Shown here: piece after piece, positions 13,576 through 24,964 of the stretch | Numbering within the stretch: position 1 is the stretch's first letter | Layout: each line of letters begins with the position of its first letter | Origin: Tubulanus polymorphus | Lineage: Eukaryota; Animalia; Nemertea | Assembly (NCBI RefSeq): GCF_964204645.1 | Contig: NC_134036.1 | Coordinates: forward strand, 11,325,859 to 11,389,858 | DNA: 64,000 bases | Direction: 5' to 3' | Program-made: the position numbers and the translations under genes | The notes under the pieces: generated by a model | Databases searched by the model: none | What the model saw: only the letters and a program-made list of their open reading frames with translations | What the model was told of the DNA's origin: nothing

Positions 13576-14210
13576 TTTCATCAGTTACTGTCTCATATTC
13601 TAAACAAATATTTGATAATTTAAAATCCATATCTTTAACAACGCTAGATAATACAATTTCATAAATAGGAGCAAATATTATTTCGAATATAATATCTTCT
13701 TGCATAGCATATTTATACAAAGGTACATATTATTAATCAATTCAAAGTCTCATGGAATTTTATATTTGCTTCCATAAATAGTTACTACTGCGTTATGTGC
13801 TTCAGATCTTAATTTATTTTGGTTTTCTGATTTGATGACTTGAAATATCATATTATTTCTATTTTCTTTTGCTAACCATGAATCTTTATAATGCGTAAAT
13901 AAATAATAATCATCTAATGTAAAGATTGTCTCCGGGCGATCTTTATTGTTAATTTTGTAACTAAATATCTTCCAACATTATCTACGACATAATTATTATT
14001 ATTACCAGTTACTTTTATATCAGCTGATAGATAAATACTATTTGGAACATAAAAAGTATTTTGTGTTAATCGAGGAATTCTAACATATAAAGTTTCAACA
14101 GGATTAATATTAGATGGATTATGAGAAATTATATGATGAGATCTTTCTGCTTTAATTGCATTAGATATTCTAGAATTCTTAGAAGGATTTATAGCACTTC
14201 CACTAGCCAT
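13575..14210 (-). pseudogene. Polinton/adintovirus major capsid protein (double jelly-roll), N-terminal half
   Basis: HIISHNPSNINP..TLYVRIPRL..FYVPNSIYLSADI..VVDNVGRYLVTKL, then after a frameshift TLDDYYLF.HYKDSW, YGSKYKIP.DFEL and FKLSNICLEYETV. Matches my recollection of invertebrate adintovirus-type MCPs. Confidence 0.7.
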
Positions 14211-14214
14211 TTAT

Positions 14215-15050
14215 TAAGAAATAAAATTACTTTTTATCATATTCACGAATCCAAAAATAATTGCGCAAACAACTGATTAAAAATAATATTATATGTTCAG
14301 CAGCAAAGCTAATAAAATTTCCTGCAAACTTCAAAACAAAACTAACAATAATTCCGGATAATGCTGCAGCAGATTTGTAGATAGTTCCCATAGATATTTT
14401 GCTAATTTTTTTAAAACATTTTAACTTTATCTTTAACTTTATCTTGTGTAGAATTATGACTTGGAGGTTTATCCGATTTATTAGGGTTCGGTGTAGATTT
14501 TAATGAATTTGATATAGCTAAACCTATTGTTTTAAATATCATAATTACCGCTGTTAGAATTGAAAGAATTGTGATACCTTCTAATTTAGATAATAATTTT
14601 ATTCTATCTTTTAATGATATTTCAGAATTTGGTTTTATTAACAAATCTTTAAAAATAACTTTTAATCTATTAATATTATAATCATATGATTTTAATGATA
14701 AATCTTTTTCTTCTTTCTGTACTTCTACATTATATTTTTAATCATCAATTTCTTTTTCTAAACGTAATTCATTTGTCTACATCGAATTTCATCAATTACT
14801 TGATGATCTAAATCAGATTTTGATTGTTTTAATTCTTCATTTGCTTTAGATAATTCATCTTCTAAAGTATCAATTTTTTGATCTCTAATCGTTTTATTGT
14901 GCGCAATTTTATCATTTTTTAATTGATCATAAAACTGTTCTTTTAATAATTCTGTTACATTAAAATCATCGTGTGTTTTATAAAATGAATAAGGAATTGC
15001 ACCTTCATATCTCAATAATTTAAAATCTTGTTCATTTGGATAATAATGTT
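14215..15050 (-). pseudogene. Polinton accessory protein: coiled coil plus hydrophobic C-terminus, directly upstream of MCP
   Basis: ORF pieces 14758-15015 (coiled coil), 14411-14644 (EGITILSILTAVIMIF..GLAI) and a further hydrophobic segment (SAAALSGIIVSFVLKFAG..HIILFLI), separated by frameshifts. Confidence 0.55.
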
Positions 15051-15777
15051 GAGTTATTATAAAATCATTAATGAACTTGCTAAAAATCTATAAGAATCTA
15101 AAAATCTCAAACAACCAAATTGAAATGAAATGTAATTTTCAGATGTCTTAGCTAATAGTTTAAAATCATATTTTTTAACATTTGCATCATTTATAGCATT
15201 ATATTCTTGATCAATTGCGCCTAATTTCCTTGAGAATTGTTTTATAAATAGATGGTTATCATAACCTGATAAATTATGAAATAATATTGGTACGAAATTA
15301 ACTCTATTTGCTTGCAAATTACAATCTTCATGAGCAGCTCCACGATATTTTGAATTTAAATTATCATGATCTTTAACTTTTTTTATCAAATGAATAAAAA
15401 CGTTTTTTCACAATAACAACAATGAGTTGCATAAATTAAATCAACTTCATCTTCTTTAGTCATAATTATTTTTTTATTTTTATTTAATAATCGTGCAAAA
15501 TCACTTTCTAGCTCAATTATTTTACTACAAAAATCATTTACTACATCTTCACCTCTAAAAGACATATTTTGACTTTCATATAATTCAGGATAATTTGATT
15601 TTATATAGATTCCTTAAGCAGCAGCTCTTTGATGAACTTTTTCAATTGTATTTATAATTGGAGGGTCTTGAATTGTATCTTCGTTTAATTCATTTCCTTT
15701 ATCCACTGATTTTAAAATTCGCTTTTTGTTGTATATTTTTTTTCTATTTTCTTTTTTGAACGGTTAATTCTTTATTT

Positions 15778-18476
15778 GAAAGGCTGAATCCAAGAACATG
15801 TCTATCGCACTTTTGAGCCCAAACGTCTACTTTTACTTAGTAGCCACTTGAGAACAATAAGCAATTAACGATATCGGCTACTTTTCCAGTAGTATACATT
15901 TCAAAACAGTCACTCTGGAATAGTATTCCTTTCAATTCGGTTGGTTTTCTATAGTGGCTGTTTCGAAGAGTCTACTATTGAAAAGTGACAATTTTGAAAC
16001 ATCTGGTTTCGATAGTGCACACTAGCAGTAGAGGTGACTGTAAAACCACCCGCCTGTTAACAGTGACTTAGTGATAGTAACTCCTACCATAGCAGCTACT
16101 CTCAAAACACATCGTTTCTAAAAGTCAACTATTGAAAAGTGACCATTTTGAGATGGCGTGGTTATTTCCTTTTCAAAATAGCCACATCTGTTAAAGATTT
16201 GCAGTGATACGTGACAGGTTCAAAGGTACTGTTAAACCCTATATGCTTTGTATACAGAACTCTGTATGCTTTGAATACAGTTCTGTGAATAGAAAATCAA
16301 AGTTTTTGAGATGCTAAGAATCCCCTAAATTATATTACGCTCAACAGAATGGAAAACTATTCATTCATATAACATCATCATGGATTAAATCCATTAATAC
16401 TAAAATATGGTGCCAGTCCTAGAATTCTTAGAATTTTAAGATTTTTGTTTTACATTTGCGATTATAAAACATTCTGGTAGACAAAAAAATAAATTTGTCT
16501 AATAGGCTTAATTTGTTTTTAGGGGTATATGAGAGAGGAATATACAAAAAAAATTTATGTTAAAAAAAATGAATTACGAAAAAAATTAAGTCAGCAATTT
16601 CATTTGATAGAGAAAACTTCTTTTGGCTTAAGATGTGAAAGAAATGCATTAGGCTGTAATTCTAGTTTCACATACTTTCCTACTTTGTTTAGTAAATTGT
16701 TTATATAGGTTATCAAAAACCCAGCAGCAGCTATCGGTCAGCAGGTCAATTACACTGGCTAACTAGACAGTGATTAATGAACGAATGAACAAACTGCATT
16801 GGCCACCAAAAGACCACAAACCAGCACCGCAATATCTCTATGAAACTTTATTTCAAGGTGCCAATGTAATAACATGCCAAAATGTACGGTGTTTGAACTT
16901 CGCTGAATCGATGAACCAATGAATCGCTGAATTATAAGATGACTATCAGTTTTCTCCTACTAAACTCTTTTTCTCAAATTATCGTAAACCAACGTTACCA
17001 ATACTTGAATTTGGAAGTGAATGCGGGCTAGAACCAACAAAGGTACCGGTTTAAGGTGCAGATATACAGGGAATCCCTCTCATAGCGACCAACACGGTTG
17101 TATATCCCTTCTTTGCCGATTAGTAAATAATTTTCGATCTAAACGACTACAGGACCCGAAGAAGTCGAATAAAATACTCTAAAGCGTGTTAACTGTAGAT
17201 AAATGAAGAAATTCCACAATAGAATTTAGTTACACCACAACGTTTCAGCTGTTGACTGACAGCCATCTGACTAAAAGCCCTTATCACTAGGAATGTCTAC
17301 ATTCCACCTGATGATGGCTGTTAGTCTACAGTCAAAACGTTGCGGTTTCACCTTAACTAATTTTATCATATTTAAAATTCTATTACGGGATTTCTTCATT
17401 CATGACCCCAGGGACGATCACCAAAGGCCGTTACCGTAATCCAAATGAAATCTTGAATACCATACAAAGTTTCTTCTATTAAATTCGATCAAATATGGGC
17501 ACAATTTGATGATTTCTTTAGAATGTTAAAAGTCCACATGGATATAGCATGTTTGAAAAAAATCAATGATTTCGCGAAATTAGAATTCAGGGAAATTCGA
17601 ACACTCCGAAATGCACATCTTAATTCAAGAAGCAAAGACATCCAGGCCCCTGTTGAAAATAAACCACCATTTCAATAATGAGAGGTTAGCCTGAATTTAT
17701 GATTGCGCTTTTAATCTAAGAATTTAAATAAAAAATAAATGCAGACCTATGCTTGAAAATAGCTGCATTTGTTCAAATTGAATTCTTTATTGAATTATAT
17801 CGCCATGAAAAGAAGGAAATTTTGATTTATCTTAAAACTACATAACTATTGACAATTTGTAAACAAATTTAACTCCAACATCGACTTTTATTGTTTAGAG
17901 CTGGGAATCGCTCATTACATTTCACATCCTCAAAGAGTATCTACAATATCTTCAGATCTCAACTGAGTCACTCTAAATAGAACTATACCCCAAACTAAAG
18001 CGTGAGTAGAGTTTTCCGTAGGTTTATATTGTCACGTATCACTGCAAATCTGAAGCATATGTTGCTACAGTGTATTTATAACAGGGAATCTGGCAAGCGA
18101 TCTCAAAATGGTCACTTTTCAATAGTTGACTTTTAGAAACGATGTGTTTTGAGAGTAGCTGCTATGGTAGGAGTTACTATCACAAAGTCACTGTTAACGG
18201 GCGGGTGGTTTTACAGTCACCTCTACTGCTAGTGTGCACTATCGAAACCAGATGTTTCAAAATTGTCACTTTTCAATAGTAGACTCTTCGAAACAGCCAC
18301 TATAGAAAACCAACCGAATTGAAAGGAATACTATTCCAGAGTGACTGTTTTGAAATGTATACTACTGGAAAAGTAGCCGATATCGTTAATTGCTTATTGT
18401 TCTCAAGTGGCTACTAAGTAAAAGTAGACGTTTGGGCTCAAAAGTGTGATAGACATGTTCTTGGATTCAGCCTTTC
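15778..18476. mobile_element. Non-autonomous long-TIR DNA transposon (about 377-bp TIRs, 4-bp TSD ATTT; Sola-like)
   Basis: GAAAGGCTGAATCC... at 15778 is the reverse complement of ...GGATTCAGCCTTTC at 18476, near-identical to about 16154/18100. ATTT at 15774-15777 and 18477-18480. The empty site is present in copy 2 at about 51845. Confidence 0.9.
17201..17401. mobile_element. Penelope-like inverted terminal-repeat footprint with degenerate hammerhead core
   Basis: 17201-17268 is inverted relative to 17311-17401. The plus arm has ctgatga-tggctg..cagtc-aaaacg; the minus arm has gatggctg..cagct-gaaacg. Confidence 0.5.
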
Positions 18477-18514
18477 ATTTAACCATTCAAAATCCCCATA
18501 AATTACTGTACTAT

Positions 18515-19116
18515 CACAGGCACTCGCCGATGGGCTTGGGATACAGTTGCTGGGGTTTTTGATAGTGTATTTGTGTTTTCATTCGTTATTAATGCTATAT
18601 ATTCGTTATTAAAAACTTTACAGGCGTTGAGACGGCAACACTAGGTCACCGAACGTCGTTCAACCGCTGAGTGACGTCATAACGAAATCCCGCTTTATTT
18701 GAATATACAAGGGGAATACTTGTAGCAGGTGCCCGTGTGACCTAGTGTTGCCGTCTCAACGCCTGTAAAGTTTTTCCTATAGGCTCACGCTTCGTCAACT
18801 ACCTTTTCTTTTATATTACTAAAGACGTTTCACAAATTGACAGTGTCTCACAGTCGGATGGAGTAATAGGATATATAACTGTCATATCACTAGTAAGTGT
18901 CATACAAAATAAAAGTTTTGATTTTAGATTGAAAAACGAAGTTTGTTCAGTGTTTTGTGAGGTCGCCGTGTGTGGAGCCAACGGCCATTATCTTTCTAAA
19001 CGTATCAGTACCAAGACGTTTTTTCTCGGATTTATTGCAGAATAACGAATGAAAACATAAATACACTATCAAAAGCCCCAGCAACTGTATCCCAAGCCCA
19101 TCGGTGAGTGCCTGTG
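18515..19116. mobile_element. 602-bp MITE with 76-bp TIRs (CACAGGCACTC...) and 7-bp TSD GTACTAT; P/Galileo-like
   Basis: TIRs at 18515-18590 and 19041-19116; gtactat at 18508-18514 and 19117-19123; an extra internal inverted pair at 18611-18649 / 18737-18775. Confidence 0.9.
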
Positions 19117-21004
19117 GTACTATGAAACTATATTTTTAGATTTATGATTAGTAGATTTCAACGTATAATCTATTTCTGTTGGCATTATTAATTTTCAAAA
19201 ATGTTTATTATCACATAATTCTTTATGTTTTATGCATTCTCAGTCATAAATTTAGACAAACATTTTCTACATAGATATATAATTATAACATAAAATTTTA
19301 TGATGACTGTTGAAATAACTTTCTGTTCTAAAGAATAAATCTATTTGTTTTAACCACATATAATGTTCATTTTCATCTTTTTGTAATATAATAAATCTAT
19401 AACATTTTCATCATCATAATATTCTGTTAAATTTAAAGCTTTTAATGTATAATCTTTAATATTTTCACCTTTTGTCTTTGGTAATTGCATTAATTCGAAT
19501 ACATTTATTTCTAAATTATTAACTTTTTCTATTCTAGGAATCATTTTTATAGTTACTGGATATTGATCAATGTTATATACTGTTTCGTATCTCCGATAAT
19601 CTGTTACTCTAAAAGTATGCGTAATATCTTCTGTTGGGTGTACAACTAATAATTGACCATAGAAAACGTTTATTATCTTCATTTTGAACATTTATTACTG
19701 CTTTTGTTGTACGGTAAATGGTAATTTGATATAAGATGATGCTTTAACATCCTTTTCTCTCGAAAATTTTGAATCATTTTTAATCATTGTATTACTTTTA
19801 GATGCTTTATTCCTTTTAGTATTATAAATATTTAAATCTAAAAATATAATTTCATTCAATGTTAAACCAGAACCCTCAAAATATCTTTCTTCAATATGAC
19901 GTTCAAATTCATTAAAATTCATTTTTTTTCTAATTTCTCTTTTATTTGTGTTTCCGAAATTTTTTCTTCAGAATATGTTTGAATATTATACTCCATTTTT
20001 TCTTCTGATTTTATAAAACTTACTTTTCCAGAAATACTAATTTTTGGATATTCAACATCTGTAACAAAGTCCATTATTTTTCCTTTATTTCAATATATTT
20101 TCTATAATCTTCTATTGTTGTACCTTTAAAAAATCTAAATATAATAGCTGCAGGACCAAATTTACTACGTTATGTTTCTAAAATTTCAATTTTATCTTTT
20201 ATTTCTAGTGAATGGATATAATTCCTAACATTTTCCATATAAGGTTTATTTTAAAAAGATTTAGTTTTTTTTTTTGAAGCTGGTTTTTTTACAGGTTGAG
20301 GTTTATCATCAAAATATTCTGTTCCTAAAATATTTTTATTTAAATTGTGTTAATGTTTTTGTGATTCGAGATGTCTTTCATAATTCCTTTTTGCTATAAC
20401 TTCATTACAAACATTACATTTGATTTTATCTTTTTTCATATTTTCTAATTGTTCTTTTCTTTCATTTGAATTTTCTGGTGTTTCAAAATCTATAACATTT
20501 TTTTATGATATGCAGTTTTTTCATGATGAGATTTATTAGATTCATCGATGTACTTTTTTACAATATGGACAATAATATTGATTTTTGTTAACATCAATTT
20601 TTTTCTGTCTGGTACGCACAGTCTCCCATTTATAAGGGAAAAAATTACTAGTGGTGATGAGTGATTTGTCGTACTCTCGTACTCTGGTATGAAAACGCTT
20701 TTTTTCCAATTTCTGCTGCTTCTTGCCAAAAGTTGAGTGGGAAATCAGACTTAAAGGAATGTCACTTCTTTCTGCACAAGGTCCGCGGTCTTGAGGGAGC
20801 AGAGTTCTATTCGAGATCTCGATTTCCATACATAATAAGTTAGTGTTATTTTTCAGTAAATTGTCAAGGTTTTCATATGATGTAAGAATTGCTGAGGCGG
20901 GCCACCAAAATCATGTGCTTTTGGCCCCCCGCAATTCATCCAAACTTACTTAAATTCGAAGTGAGCTCTCAGATGTGTCATGTTCAAATTTTAAATACTC
21001 GAGA

Positions 21005-21155
21005 AATTGAAATAGGAGAATGTTGATTTTTGTTCGGTATTTCAAGAACTTAGGTGTTTAGTTTATCATAAGCAATTGGGCCCGAGTCCCACTATGACCG
21101 TTTTCGTGCAGCATACGAAAAAGTGCCGGCCAAATTCGGGTGGTTTGAGGAGTAT
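21005..21155 (+). repeat. Dispersed repeat, copy B (copy A at 11885-12035)
   Basis: Direct-orientation similarity to 11885-12035. Confidence 0.8.
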
Positions 21156-21470
21156 TACCTGGGCGGATACGGGCGGCTTGAGTGCTAACGGGTTTATAAT
21201 ATTTTCAGTCAGATTTCTAAGAATTCATTTTCTAAGAATTCATTTTCTAAGAATTCATTTTCATTTGATGCGAACAATAAATTGTGTGCGTAAATGAATG
21301 TACGTCATGGCTTGCACGTAGCGTCAGTCTATTGATTCAATCAGTCCACACACCTCTGACACTTAATCGAATCATGAATTCAACTCAAATGCAGTTTAAC
21401 AGTTACATCGCTATAATGCGTGTAGTGAACAGATCTGGAGCATACCGAACTGAGTTAATTCTCGTGAATC

Positions 21471-22418
21471 ATGAATTCAACTAAGATTCGAATTGGTCGA
21501 ACGTATAACAGTTACATCGTTCTAATGTCGGTGGAGAACAGGTCTGGAACTTACCGTACTGTGTCGTTGGTCATTCTGCCTATCGTGTTTCTGTTTGGAG
21601 TCTTTGGAAATTCAGCTACTTTTCTTATAATGACAAGTCGCAAATTCCGCAGTTTATCTTACGCTAACTATCTTGTCATTTTGTCAGTCTGTGATTTATT
21701 GTACTGCATAGATTTTACAATGATGCCTGTTTTACAGTTTGTTTTATTGAATCTAAACACCAATCCCATATTCATCATGAATTCACTGATCAGTTGTAAG
21801 ATATATGAAATGTGGATGGCAGTTGCGACTGCTAGCAGTTCATGGTTATTGGTAGCTGTATCTGTAGAACGTGCGGCAGTTGTTCTCTTTCCGTTCACTT
21901 CTCGTTTGATATGTTCACCTAGATTTGCTAGATTTACTATATTGATAATTAATACAGTGAGTGCACTGGTTCAACTTCCCGTTGTTTTGTCCATACATTT
22001 TGACGACCAGTTTTTCGGATGTTACTATAGATTAATTGAACAAATGAAATTTCTTACTCCACTTGGTGTCTACGTTTTCGTTTCTCCATTATCGTTTATT
22101 CTAATATCAAATTCTATTATAATAGTTCAGTTATTCAGAGGTTCAAAAATGGTTTCGTCTGTTCAGAAAAATACAAAATCAAAACGTACAACAATAATGC
22201 TTGTAACAGTTTCACTCGCATTTGCAATATTCACACTTCCAACCACTGTTGTTGCATTTTTACCAATCCTTACGGAACAGAAAGAATTTCTATATGGCAT
22301 TTTTACACAATTTCTTATGTGTAACTATGTGGTAAATTTCTACATATATCTTTTGCTGGGACGAGAAATTCGAGAATATTTCTGTATGAAAATCCGCTGT
22401 AGAAAGTCAATCAAATAA
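21471..22418 (+). CDS. Intronless rhodopsin-family (class A) GPCR, peptide/FMRFamide-receptor-like
   Basis: 315-aa ORF with 7 hydrophobic segments: TM1 GVFGN, TM2 LSVCD, TM3 SVERAAVVLFP, TM6 FAIFTLP, TM7 NYVVNFYIY; N-terminal glycosylation sequons. Confidence 0.9.
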   Translation: MNSTKIRIGRTYNSYIVLMSVENRSGTYRTVSLVILPIVFLFGVFGNSATFLIMTSRKFRSLSYANYLVILSVCDLLYCIDFTMMPVLQFVLLNLNTNPIFIMNSLISCKIYEMWMAVATASSSWLLVAVSVERAAVVLFPFTSRLICSPRFARFTILIINTVSALVQLPVVLSIHFDDQFFGCYYRLIEQMKFLTPLGVYVFVSPLSFILISNSIIIVQLFRGSKMVSSVQKNTKSKRTTIMLVTVSLAFAIFTLPTTVVAFLPILTEQKEFLYGIFTQFLMCNYVVNFYIYLLLGREIREYFCMKIRCRKSIK

Positions 22419-23289
22419 CAGCCGATTTCAAATTTAATTCGTTTTGATTCACTTAACATCTTTTATAAGTAGAACATGGTTATAAGTGTTAAATGGTTAC
22501 TGTGAACCGTAGCCTTTCAATCATTAAATCTACGTTCCTTCCCCCATATCCCCTAACCAACATAGTCATAGCATTTGAAACCTTAGTGTAGTCTGGTAAC
22601 AGTGTGATATTCAGCTAATGAAATTCGTTTGTTGATCTATACAGCTGCAAAGATATAATAAAACAGTTTGAACAATCGAAATTTTCTTTCCACATATCGT
22701 TGAATCTTAACATTTTCGTTGCTCATTTTACTACACAACACAAATACAGTAGCTGATCATAGCTTTATTGTAACTGGGACGAGAAATTCGTAAATATTTC
22801 TAGTATGAAAAATATTTCTAATGCGAGTATTATAGTATGAAAATCCGCTGTAGAAATTGAGTCATGTAATCAATCATTCATCATTGCTTCCAAGTTTGAT
22901 TCACTTCATTTCATTTCATTTCACTTTTATTGTTCCACAAAAACGTGTTTTGCACAGAACATTCATACATTTAATTTTAACAGTACAAAGCATTGTACAG
23001 CGAAGCAAATAGTTGACAAGTTTACGTAAAGAGACACATATACATGTACGCTGGGTAAATATTATGGGACCTCATTTACGCACCCCCAACTAATTTACAA
23101 AAGTTACTGAGCTTTACCGCCAGTTTGTGCGTATTGAAAAGTCCCCCTGGTTTTCTATTGTCTGTACCCCCCAATAGTGACGCGAGAAAAGGCGCGCTCT
23201 TTCATTCGCATACAGGGCATTCTAAAATGGAATGCCTTTCATCCCCCAGGGTTCGGGTGTTACACTTCATACACTTCGTGACGGGAATT

Positions 23290-23745
23290 AAGAGATTTAG
23301 TTGTACTACACACTGCCGTTGCAGGAAAGTAAAAAATCACTATCGAATTCGGTATAATATTCGTTGTCACTTGTAACGGCGATATACTGAGGTAAACCAA
23401 AAATTTGAGTCGTATTAGCACCAATGGCATTCGACGGTACAGGTAATGTATCAATATGATAAACATCCATAAAACCATTCAAACTATGGATGGGAATGGT
23501 GATAGTTATATATAAATACTTTTCCGTCTGCGTGAACGTGATATCCCGCATTTGATAATAAAAACTAGGCTGACTATGCGTAACCTTAAAACTAGGATAA
23601 TAATCGCTGAGAATATCCTGTACATTATTAATTACTTTATTGATCTGTTCAGGACCCACGAGAGAAATAGGCAAAAAGCCATCCAATAATAACTGAGTTG
23701 CCTGTAGAAAATTCTCCGACTGGCCAACTACTACCCCAAAACGGT
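23290..23745 (-). pseudogene. Envelope (class I fusion-like) fragment of an LTR retroelement
   Basis: LLLDGFLPISLVGPEQI...FYYQ...LYITITIPI...VYHIDTLPVP...LPQYIAVT..YY.EF..C pattern, typical of invertebrate Gypsy-type env proteins; both ends truncated. Confidence 0.6.
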
Positions 23746-24964
23746 ATTGTATATATAAACGGGCTAACGACGCTCACAAACTACTCAACTTCAGTCACTT
23801 ACTATTTCGTTATTTCTCATCCAATTTCTATAATCCAGGCATGATAGCTAATAGCTAAAAGCTAATCCCGTTAACTTACAATGAATAGTTCGTGATTTAT
23901 ATGTCTTTGAACGCGAAATTCGGACCGAAATCGCCTGGACCGAAAATGCTATGACGCCGGTTTTCGTCGATTTCGAAATTTCAAACGTTGAGTTCGACGC
24001 GAAATCCTCCACCGATTTTGATGATCGAGGGCTTCAAATGCGTACAACATTCTGTATTTTCTGAATATCGCGTTTGTTTCGTTAATCCGTCCGATCTTAT
24101 AACTATGCATACGAGAATTTTCCGATTTTACGTCAATTCACGAACTCCACGCGCGAGCTCAATGATGGCGACTGTCATCTCCCACAATGCTTAGCACAAA
24201 GCGATACTGTGGTGAATTTTATTTCGTTTTATTTTTATTTTTTCACAGATTATTCAAACTTATAACTGTATCATGTTTATTTCTATTTGAATATGTACAT
24301 TCCGTAATTCAGCTAATACAATAAAATTGTGCACAATGAAAAAGACATGATTTTAAATACATGACTTAGTGTTGCTTGTTGCTTATTGGTCAAAAGTTTG
24401 ATGACGTCACAGTGCGGTTAGTTTGAAAAATCTGAAAATTGAATAGAAGTCACTGGAGCATGAAGCATAAAGCAAAATGTCACTTTCTAAGCACATCGGA
24501 ATTGTTTCATGGTAATTAATTAGATTCGCAATAGGCTCATATTAAAGTAGGCCTACTAAATAAAAAGTTTTATTCTTAATATTTCGGATAGACCCTATTT
24601 TGATATATTTCTAGGATTTCACGCCCTTGATGCCCTAGCTTGAGGCTACATTAAATTTATAAATCTAATATCTAAAAAAACCAAAAACTTTTGAAAAAAG
24701 ACCTGCCATTTTAGGATTTTTAAGGCCATCTATGCTTGATTTTATGATCACTTGAAAATAATTAAGTTTGTAGGCAAAACCGAAGGCTAGTGTTTTATCA
24801 GGCCCAATTTAAAAGTGGCTGATATCATTTCTATACAACATAAGTAAAAGAATTTGTTTTGGCAATCCTGCAATAGCCTACATCATTCCAGTACTGGTAC
24901 CCAAATTGTCTATAGGCCTACCCAATGAAATACAAATAGGTCTTAAAATTGCCTGCTTGTGCAG

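Larger units (their letters stand above)
15057..20630 (-). pseudogene. Protein-primed family B DNA polymerase (group-2 type), 5' portion, copy 1
   Basis: Homologous to copy-2 ORFs. Includes the Endonuclease-VII-like KVKDHD..YRGAAHEDCNL and exonuclease motifs FHNLSGYD and FLDSYRFL. Interrupted at 15778-18476 and 18515-19116. Confidence 0.9.
13575..20714 (-). mobile_element. Polinton/adintovirus-like relic, copy 1 (internally deleted, two nested insertions)
   Basis: Contains capsid, membrane-protein and pPolB fragments. Collinear with copy 2 (51377-53434) up to a shared end ...ttttccaatt(t/a)ct. Confidence 0.85.

Noticed and set aside
13545-13600. Possible capsid-MULE transposase fusion protein
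   Set aside because: The two frames are offset at the junction (capsid frame ends ENLRST*); it is a deletion or insertion breakpoint.
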